IMG/VR virus record: IMGVR_UViG_3300032086_004496
Location: 1-53,579 of that record
DNA: 53,579 nucleotides
Direction: 5' to 3' (one strand)
Origin: a virus
Taxonomy: Duplodnaviria; Caudoviricetes
How positions within the stretch are numbered: the first letter of the stretch is position 1; every line of letters begins with the position of its first letter. The notes below the pieces were generated by a model, which was given only the letters and a program-made list of their open reading frames with translations, was not told the origin of the DNA and did not search any database. Positions 47,207 to 53,579 of this stretch are shown piece after piece. The translations under genes were made by a program, and so were the position numbers.

Positions 47207-47280
47207 TGGGTAGCACCCTCCTTATAACATTTATATTAATATATATCACAAAAGATGTTTAGCTTAATCCGAACATTTTT

Positions 47281-47505
47281 TTACAAATGCGGCTCAATCT
47301 CGGCGTAATTTACCCACCATGGCTCGCCCAAACCCGTGAACTGCACTTGACAATGGTTTCTATAGTTTACTTTTGGACCACACAACACAAGCCCTACTGT
47401 ACCTTCGGCAATAACTTGCGGTGGATCCGCCGAGTAGATCTGCTTCCTCGTCTTGACCAGCGAGCCAGGAGCATACAGAAAGGATTCTTTAGTTTTTGTC
47501 GGCAT
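47281..47505 (-). CDS. Small SH3/KOW-like protein
   Basis: PGSLVK...GTVGLV...QVQF...WWV...IE. Confidence 0.65.
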   Translation of the reverse strand: MPTKTKESFLYAPGSLVKTRKQIYSADPPQVIAEGTVGLVLCGPKVNYRNHCQVQFTGLGEPWWVNYAEIEPHL

Positions 47506-47970
47506 ATTTTTCGAGAATCTCGTAGAGCCTTTGCGGCGTCAGATCGGCATAGTGATAAAGGTTGTCAACGGCTCCACACAAGCGGAGCGCATAGGCTATC
47601 CATTCAGAACAATACCAGCGTCCTGTCCGCTTTACGAAAAATGGTGTGAACTTCGAGAGGATCATTCCCGGCCAGTCATAGCTGTCGCCTTTTGTATCTT
47701 CGAAGAATTTTTCTATGGTTTCCAGTTGCTCGTCGGATACGGGTACACAGATCATGTCGTAGTCTTTGCCAAGTTCTTCTACAGGTTTGCGGCGGATGCC
47801 TGCTTGTCCGAAAGGGGTTATGCTTATGGCGGTATTGTCAGGCATGATCAGTTCTGCGTGCGAGTATTTGCTTTGGGTTGTCCAGCGGACTATTCGGTTG
47901 TGCCAGCGTCCTTCACCCTTGTAAAAGGCTACGCAAAGTTGATGTGGTTTTGCCGGCTTAGTTACCCCAT
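47489..47970 (-). pseudogene. Permuted papain-like (YiiX/NlpC-P60) protein whose apparent start codon is out of frame
   Basis: Frame open upstream of 47845 encoding VAFYKG...IVRWTTQSKYSHAEL (catalytic His) with no in-frame start; YDW and YCSEW downstream; ATG GGG TAA at 47970 is 1 nt off. Confidence 0.55.
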
Positions 47971-48053
47971 AGTATAATAACTATGTCCCAGTGCTTACAA
48001 AACAGAAAAAAATTTGGCGAAGGCTTCGCCTACCTTTGCCTGCTGAAATATAT

Positions 48054-48305
48054 CTATGGGGTGCCCTCGGTGTCGCCGAAAACCTCGTCGGCGAGTTGGG
48101 CGGACGCCTTGTCCAATTCCTTGTGCGCTTTTTCGAGGACCTTGCCCAACAGGTGGAGCGTGACCTCTGCCTTGCAGCCAGGCTCGAACTCGTGAGCGAA
48201 TGCCTCCGCAGCCGTGACCCAATTGATCGTATCTTCAAGCCGGCCGCTAGCCTCGGTGAAAGAGGTGAATGTTTTGTCGAGAAGTCGTCCAGGTCGTGTA
48301 GCCAT
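48054..48305 (-). CDS. Hypothetical protein (GC-rich)
   Basis: GGAGG RBS and consensus promoter upstream. Confidence 0.65.
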   Translation of the reverse strand: MATRPGRLLDKTFTSFTEASGRLEDTINWVTAAEAFAHEFEPGCKAEVTLHLLGKVLEKAHKELDKASAQLADEVFGDTEGTP

Positions 48306-48476
48306 CTAAGCCTCCATTTTCTTAAGGGAATTATAGGGCACAAACTCCTCTTTGTCAAATAAAACTTTTACAAACGTCGCTCCATAAGTTGGAGTCTCAA
48401 CGACAACCCCAACCCTCTCGGGAACGTCACCCGCCATCAAGGGTACACCTTCTTTTACTAGATCGCCTGCTTTCAT
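48306..48476 (-). CDS. Small SH3/KOW-like protein (56 aa, MKAGDLVKE...)
   Basis: Manual translation; AGGAGG RBS. Confidence 0.65.
   Translation of the reverse strand: MKAGDLVKEGVPLMAGDVPERVGVVVETPTYGATFVKVLFDKEEFVPYNSLKKMEA
48330..48358 (-). promoter_or_regulatory. Perfect-consensus sigma70 promoter inside a coding sequence
   Basis: TTGACA-N17-TATAAT. Confidence 0.7.
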
Positions 48477-48484
48477 TTGTCCTC

Positions 48485-48679
48485 CTAAGTGAGAGCGTAA
48501 GCAGTAAGGAACCCTGCCAAGTAAAACAGGGGATGAAGCATTATGTGCAAGCGCATTCTATCATGATAATACGACATTGCAAACATAAATTTAGCGGTTA
48601 GTTCTGCCGCTTGAGCAGGTGAACCGTTTTCAGTGAAGTGCTTTCGCCAGTCACCAATAGACTTCTTTTCGTTATCCAT
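48485..48679 (-). CDS. Small protein with C-terminal TM helix
   Basis: ORF chain. Confidence 0.55.
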   Translation of the reverse strand: MDNEKKSIGDWRKHFTENGSPAQAAELTAKFMFAMSYYHDRMRLHIMLHPLFYLAGFLTAYALT

Positions 48680-49031
48680 CTTCTCTTAGCCACGTAGGGT
48701 CCTTGACCTTAGCAGCGCCCTTCTTGATCTTTAGAAGCTTAGCAACGGGGGGAATATTCATCCACTCAAGATCATAGGATGCTTCAAAGTCTCCAAGTTG
48801 AGTTGGGATGCACCCCATTTTGATCAGCTTCTTATTCAAATAAGTAAATTGTCTTTGTGTGTCTCTCGTGACATAAACTCCAATGCTACCTTCCTTGAAG
48901 TTGCAGAAGAACTGATCAGCCTTGAACTTTCCAATCGCCCGAGCAACTGGCAAGCCGTCGCCGTCCTCCCTAAGCCGAAGCCTATTGTTCTTGCAAAAGG
49001 TTTTGAATACTTCGATGTGTTTGTCTGCCAC
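48672..49031 (-). CDS. Basic hypothetical protein
   Basis: GTG start with AGGAGG RBS. Confidence 0.7.
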   Translation of the reverse strand: MADKHIEVFKTFCKNNRLRLREDGDGLPVARAIGKFKADQFFCNFKEGSIGVYVTRDTQRQFTYLNKKLIKMGCIPTQLGDFEASYDLEWMNIPPVAKLLKIKKGAAKVKDPTWLREDG

Positions 49032-49039
49032 AGATCCTC

Positions 49040-49501
49040 CTATCTTGTGTACATGTCTGCGATGTCAGCAGCCCAGGCGTCAGGCTTTACCTTGATTGGA
49101 AAACCCATACCTTGGACCATGCCCATTATAACATTGAGCATACGATTGCTTAAGGCTGTCTCCTTTGAATTGACGTCAGCGTGGATGGTAGGGGGAGCGC
49201 CCGTAATTTCATGGACCATCTTGGCTGCCTCAAGGGAGACAATTGTTTCATGTAGAAGTCTTTCAGTTATATTATTAAAATTGTTTATCTTATTCCTCTG
49301 GTAAGCAACCAAAGCGCCACGTTGGTCCTCACGAAAACAAACCGTTGTTGTTATGATTGTATGATCTTTGTAGGATTTGCTGTCCGTCCCAACATGGAAA
49401 GTAAACTTACCAGAAAGGTGCCTCTTCTTTATCCTATCACGTATGTCGGAGATTGGAGAGCCTCCGAGAGATACCCAGTTACTCGTTGTCAAATGGTCCA
49501 A
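49040..49501 (-). CDS. RNase H-like YkuK (DUF458) family protein
   Basis: VGTDS, L.ET..SLE.A, IHADVN, GMGF..KPDAWAA. Confidence 0.82.
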   Translation of the reverse strand: MDHLTTSNWVSLGGSPISDIRDRIKKRHLSGKFTFHVGTDSKSYKDHTIITTTVCFREDQRGALVAYQRNKINNFNNITERLLHETIVSLEAAKMVHEITGAPPTIHADVNSKETALSNRMLNVIMGMVQGMGFPIKVKPDAWAADIADMYTR

Positions 49502-49607
49502 CGTCTAAACCTTTCAGCCTCTCTTTGATCATAGATATTGTGATCAAGCCGAGGAAAGCTAATCCTGTTACAGCAGATAAAATAGTTTCTCTTGCGTCTC
49601 TAAACAT
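49479..49607 (-). CDS. 42-aa TM peptide
   Basis: Manual translation MFRDARETILSAVTGLAFLGLITISM...; TGATG overlap. Confidence 0.4.
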   Translation of the reverse strand: MFRDARETILSAVTGLAFLGLITISMIKERLKGLDVGPFDNE

Positions 49608-49834
49608 CAATCGTACTTAATTCTGTGTCCACCACGATGATAGTGCATATGGATCGCTGACTCCAACAACTTTGCCATTTGCAAAGAGATCTGGTCAGCA
49701 GACATATCTTTTGCGCCGCAGATATCTTCAACCATCTGTATCGCTTTTTCGTCTACAGCAATTGTAAACCGCAATACCTGAGAGAGTTTTGAATACCCTA
49801 CATCTCCAACTTCAATCTTGGGATTCGTGATCAT
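49607..49834 (-). CDS. Hypothetical protein
   Basis: Start MITNPK at 49834 with GGAGG RBS. Confidence 0.6.
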   Translation of the reverse strand: MITNPKIEVGDVGYSKLSQVLRFTIAVDEKAIQMVEDICGAKDMSADQISLQMAKLLESAIHMHYHRGGHRIKYD

Positions 49835-50024
49835 AGCTATCCTCCATAAGTCGTAAAACCTGCCTAGTCCTAGCAATCATATAAAACAAGGCAAACACAT
49901 ATCCAAAAGTAAATCCTGTAATAGAGTCTGAAACTAGATCGTACAAAACACAAGACACCAAGAATATAATTGAGAAGTAATAAAAACTCATATACATCAG
50001 TTGTTTTTTAGTGAAATCCCGCAT
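49812..50024 (-). CDS. Small two-TM membrane protein
   Basis: Two hydrophobic helices; near SLT. Confidence 0.6.
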   Translation of the reverse strand: MRDFTKKQLMYMSFYYFSIIFLVSCVLYDLVSDSITGFTFGYVFALFYMIARTRQVLRLMEDSYDHESQD

Positions 50025-50335
50025 ACTTCCTCCAGATCTTTTATTGTTTCCTCTGTCACATCGTTGTATGTGCTCAACATCATGACCTCGTCCTCTGATA
50101 GTATAACATGGTCGCCATCATCACTTAAGTCGTTTGAAGATAAGTCCACTGAAATAAACTCAAGTTGATTGCTGATAGCCACCAACGCACGAGAGTAAAC
50201 CAAAGCATCCGATATTACAAACTCAGCGTCAGGATGCTCAACCAGAGAACACAAATACTCAAGCTCAGCCGAAAGTTTGTCAGCGGCGTGCAAAATAGTT
50301 TGAAGCCTCATCCCGTAAGTCTGCTTTTTAGTCAT
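49997..50335 (-). CDS. Hypothetical acidic protein
   Basis: ORF chain. Confidence 0.6.
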   Translation of the reverse strand: MTKKQTYGMRLQTILHAADKLSAELEYLCSLVEHPDAEFVISDALVYSRALVAISNQLEFISVDLSSNDLSDDGDHVILSEDEVMMLSTYNDVTEETIKDLEEVCGISLKNN

Positions 50336-50816
50336 CAGAAACCCACCCAGGGAACTTATTCTTGAAGACCCTTCTCATGTGGTGAACTTTTGCAGCGTAC
50401 TCTAATATATTTTCTTTATTCTTTGATTTTTGCCAGTTTGGTCCACCATTGTAGCACGCAGGAAGATTCAGACCACGACAAGAGTTATATCTCCTCATCT
50501 CATTTAGGACAACAGCCGCAGCGACCACCGAATGTCTTGGGTTCGACATGTCCACTAAAAACTTCTGCTTGTTTTTATAGCCCCACTTCTTTCCCCAGAA
50601 ATTATAATTTATCTGGAATAGTCCGTAGTCACCCGTATGAGATATCCTGCCACTTTTCACTCTAGATTCAACCCAGGCAAGACTAACCATAAAGTAGGGA
50701 TCCTCCTTTAGAGTTATTGCTTGATCGATGATAATAGCAGCATTGGTTTCCTGCTCCGCATCAAAATACGAAGGAAAATTATAAGCCAAGAATGTAACTA
50801 ATACAAACTCGATCAT
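50328..50816 (-). CDS. Lytic transglycosylase (SLT) family protein
   Basis: WVES, GDYGLFQIN, CYNGG; hydrophobic N-terminus. Confidence 0.85.
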   Translation of the reverse strand: MIEFVLVTFLAYNFPSYFDAEQETNAAIIIDQAITLKEDPYFMVSLAWVESRVKSGRISHTGDYGLFQINYNFWGKKWGYKNKQKFLVDMSNPRHSVVAAAVVLNEMRRYNSCRGLNLPACYNGGPNWQKSKNKENILEYAAKVHHMRRVFKNKFPGWVSDD

Positions 50817-51418
50817 CAGTCGAAGTCAATGTCTACATCTACCCTAATGTTAAGCTTGGGCACTCGGAGGTGATTGACAAGTCCATGTTTCTTTGCTTCC
50901 TCGGCATCCATAAACCAGTCAGCATGTTTTCTATTGAAGACCTTTTTCTTGAAGTAGTCGTCTTTCTTCCCGCAGTTGCGAGCCATCATCGTGAAGATCT
51001 TTTCGTCGAGGCGCTCGGCTTCTGCCACGTCTGCTTTGAGTTCTTCAATCTTTCCGTAACCTCCACTGCTCACATCATGAATCATAACGGTAGCGTTTGG
51101 ATCTGCAAACCTCATACCCTGCTCCCCGAAGGTTAGAAGCACCGCTCCGCAGGACATTGCCTTGCCCTCTACGATAGTAGCAACAGGCAGTTCAGCGGCT
51201 TGGATCGCTGAGATCATCGACATAAGTGAATAAACTTGCCCGCCGTAAGAGTCGATAACGATGGGAATAACTTTTTGCCCGCTGTTGTGAGCCATAGCCA
51301 TGTCTTGATGAAACCTCTTTGCAGAGTCCTCTGTAAACTTATTGACTTTCACAATAATGGGCGGCTTTCGCAGTTCCACGTCTTTAATAAGTGGAGAGAT
51401 TTTTGATGTCCAAATCAT
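50816..51418 (-). CDS. clpP: ClpP-family protease
   Basis: IDSYGG, GKAMSCG (Ser), MIHD (His), DWFM.AEEA..GLV. Confidence 0.9.
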   Translation of the reverse strand: MIWTSKISPLIKDVELRKPPIIVKVNKFTEDSAKRFHQDMAMAHNSGQKVIPIVIDSYGGQVYSLMSMISAIQAAELPVATIVEGKAMSCGAVLLTFGEQGMRFADPNATVMIHDVSSGGYGKIEELKADVAEAERLDEKIFTMMARNCGKKDDYFKKKVFNRKHADWFMDAEEAKKHGLVNHLRVPKLNIRVDVDIDFD

Positions 51419-51422
51419 TTTT

Positions 51423-51680
51423 TTATCCTTTTAGTAATTGCTTTCCTGTACTCAGATACTCTTTCAAATCTGTGTACCCACCTATAAACTTCTCCTGTCC
51501 CTCTGTTATCTCAATAACAAGGGGAACAGTTTCCCATCTGTAAGTGTTTTTTATCTCTGAGAGAAGTTCTGGTTGTTTATCCAAAGCGTAACATTCAAAG
51601 TCCTTTTGCTCTTGTGCGAGCAACTGCACTGCCATGTGACAATAGGGGCAACTACTTTTTGTGTATAGCCTAAATTTCAT
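51423..51680 (-). CDS. Glutaredoxin
   Basis: CPYC, TVP, IGGYTDL. Confidence 0.92.
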   Translation of the reverse strand: MKFRLYTKSSCPYCHMAVQLLAQEQKDFECYALDKQPELLSEIKNTYRWETVPLVIEITEGQEKFIGGYTDLKEYLSTGKQLLKG

Positions 51681-52398
51681 TTATAACCTCCAATTGAACA
51701 GGATGAACCTTTTCATAAGTAGTTTCCGCAAACCTAACTTGGTAAAACTCTTTAGCTACGTAATCTGATGGGGCAGTCCTGCTAATGATGACTCCTACTG
51801 GATGCTCTGTAGTGTCTTTTATTTTATAATCTCGATCTTTACCGATACCCAGATAAGGGTAAAAGTAACCTACCTTAGGAACAACCAAAGAGCCAACTTT
51901 GTAAGGGCTATCTTGTTGTACTTTTTCAACAAACGACTCATAAGATAGCTCGCTGTTCTTTGCCATCATCTTGAGAGCATTCTTATAAGAAAACACCGTC
52001 GAGAAAGAAGTAAAGGTCGAGTTTCTTCTAGACAAGTAGCTGCTATTTGTGACCCATGTTTTTGATGGAAGACACATCATCTTGTCCTCAGAAACTTGGA
52101 ACCTCTTTGACCCCTTGTCTACTGAAAAAGATATCTCTCTATAGCCCTGTGTGTTCTTACCTTCGTAAGCCAGATCCTTACACCAGATAAAGCGACCATC
52201 CCGAACAAGAGTTGCGTTCTTTCTATGGCTACCCTCTAGCACAGATTTAAGAAATATAAGCCTGCACTGATCTTTGTCGTTAGATACTGCATAGTTGTAT
52301 CTGCGATTTGCAAACTTCTCACGATAAGGATTGGGGTGGTGGTGACTCGACCCATCACAATAATATCTGATTAGGTCGCTCCAACTAGGGAGATTCAT
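51670..52398 (-). CDS. Hypothetical protein with C-terminal SH3/KOW-like domain
   Basis: YKVGSLV...YQVRF...VHPVQLE. Confidence 0.65.
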   Translation of the reverse strand: MNLPSWSDLIRYYCDGSSHHHPNPYREKFANRRYNYAVSNDKDQCRLIFLKSVLEGSHRKNATLVRDGRFIWCKDLAYEGKNTQGYREISFSVDKGSKRFQVSEDKMMCLPSKTWVTNSSYLSRRNSTFTSFSTVFSYKNALKMMAKNSELSYESFVEKVQQDSPYKVGSLVVPKVGYFYPYLGIGKDRDYKIKDTTEHPVGVIISRTAPSDYVAKEFYQVRFAETTYEKVHPVQLEVINEI

Positions 52399-52706
52399 GA
52401 ATTGTTATCTCGCAAAATTCTACAAAACTTATCAAAGGATCCTTCGACAATCATTTCAGAAGTTCTGAAAGAGTTGCCATCAAGAACAAGCAAGCTAAAC
52501 TTTGTTCCTTCGGGAAATCTCCCCTCTAACTTTTTCGCATGAACTGATGACGAAAACTCATATGGCTGCACCGAAACCACATAATCAGTATTTATTAGAA
52601 CACTGCGAGTGTCGTAGACTTTCTCAAAGGCAACAAATTCAGAGCCGTCAGGTCGCTCCTCGGTTACTCTAATTTGTTTTTCATAGACTTCTGAAATCTT
52701 AAGCAC
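52395..52706 (-). CDS. Hypothetical protein
   Basis: GGAGG RBS, ATGA-coupled. Confidence 0.65.
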   Translation of the reverse strand: MLKISEVYEKQIRVTEERPDGSEFVAFEKVYDTRSVLINTDYVVSVQPYEFSSSVHAKKLEGRFPEGTKFSLLVLDGNSFRTSEMIVEGSFDKFCRILRDNNS

Positions 52707-52923
52707 GGGACATTACCTCCAATGTATCAATTGTTCGTACTAGCCAGTCACTTCCTTTGACGTGGACTTTATGATAGATATCTTCTTTGTTTATTAGGGG
52801 CTCGACCATCACCGCTAGAGTGGGCTCTTCAAGTTTAATCCACTTCTTGACAGTATGATTATCAATCAACATAACATCAGAAGGGAGATAAACTAAATCA
52901 CCCTTCTTCAGGTTCGGAATCAT
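52699..52923 (-). CDS. Small SH3/KOW-like protein
   Basis: Start MIPNLKKGDLVY at 52923. Confidence 0.6.
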   Translation of the reverse strand: MIPNLKKGDLVYLPSDVMLIDNHTVKKWIKLEEPTLAVMVEPLINKEDIYHKVHVKGSDWLVRTIDTLEVMSRA

Positions 52924-53290
52924 TTTGTCCTTCCTTGTCTTGATCCGCAATCTCACTCACGAATCCGTCAAACTGCTTCATTGCATCGATAGTATTTCTT
53001 AGTTCCCCAAGATTGTGTACGGGCTGACCAGCAGGCTGCGGCAAAATTGTATCAAACCTAGCCCTTTCAAAGCCTGCCACCATTTGCTGATATTGTCTAA
53101 GCTGTGCAGCAGATGCCTCCACTAAGCGCAGAACTTCTGTGATACGACCCAGCAACTCTCCGTCCAGGATGGTGTAGTTAGACAGGATGTCAGCAGCAGC
53201 ACGAAGATTGTGCTCTTCTGCACAAGCTAGGATAGCCATGGTGCCCTCAACTTGATCCAGATCAGTTTCAAAGCTAATTGTTGCTCGCAT
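52898..53290 (-). CDS. Hypothetical protein
   Basis: AAGGAGG RBS. Confidence 0.65.
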   Translation of the reverse strand: MRATISFETDLDQVEGTMAILACAEEHNLRAAADILSNYTILDGELLGRITEVLRLVEASAAQLRQYQQMVAGFERARFDTILPQPAGQPVHNLGELRNTIDAMKQFDGFVSEIADQDKEGQNDSEPEEG

Positions 53291-53342
53291 ATACGAAATC
53301 CTCCTTACTAGGATTATGTCTCAGGATTGAGATATTGTTAAG

Positions 53343-53579
53343 TTATTTCTTTTTCTTGCCCGCAGATTTCAGGCATCGGTCTTCGAGTTTGACTTGCTCG
53401 CCGTTTACAAGGATGGTTGAGGAAGCGTAAAGCCCCTTAGCGTGGTTAGCGACCACCAGCCCGATCTGGTTGTGAAGGTGGCTGCGCTGGACCAAGTTGT
53501 AGTTGGCACGGACCTTACAGAGCGAGCCGACAGGGAAGGCAGGCGGCTCAGTCGCAGCAGCGATAGCCTTCTTGGCATA
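53343..53579 (-). CDS. Partial hypothetical protein with SH3-like C-terminus
   Basis: Open frame ...AFPVGSLCKVR...KKKK-stop, running off the window end. Confidence 0.6.
   Translation of the reverse strand, partial: YAKKAIAAATEPPAFPVGSLCKVRANYNLVQRSHLHNQIGLVVANHAKGLYASSTILVNGEQVKLEDRCLKSAGKKKK

Noticed and set aside
49812-50816. Holin-endolysin lysis cassette
   Set aside because: The two-TM protein and SLT are near each other but nothing specific identifies a holin; SLT role undetermined

Overview
A ~53.6 kb fragment of a large (jumbo/huge-type) tailed bacteriophage genome in standard genetic code, densely coded and almost entirely on the minus strand. It contains: a glycosyltransferase/sugar-modification cluster (1-7.1 kb); a Cas4/RecB-like nuclease, a HExxH peptidase and PIN-PhoH; a tmRNA (tag ANDDFQLAQAA); an RNA-ligase-like/HxGH nucleotidyltransferase fusion; virion-like Gly/Ser-rich proteins; envelope lipoproteins (trypsin-like protease; CDGxDNxCxGxxDE-repeat/vWA protein; PilX-like pilin); a five-tRNA cluster with a minimal tilS directly abutting a tRNA-CAU; a eukaryote-type phosphomannomutase; a complete yeaH-spoVR-prkA operon; a run of proteins sharing an N-terminal I/L-x-E leader, two with ADP-ribosyltransferase-like motifs; a MoxR-like AAA/vWA-metallopeptidase pair; two DNA methyltransferases with a putative endonuclease; thyX, FKBP, an Hc1-like protein, a ParB-like protein, SLT, clpP, glutaredoxin and many small SH3/KOW-like ORFs. 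Two promoter classes are visible: sigma70-like TTGACA-N16/17-TG-n-TAATAT cassettes before GC-richer (early-like) genes, and an (A)ACTAnwTA motif just upstream of AT-rich (late-like) genes, several apparently leaderless. No capsid, terminase or polymerase hallmark gene lies in the window, so the phage call rests on gene content and organisation. All family assignments come from motif recognition by eye, not database searches.
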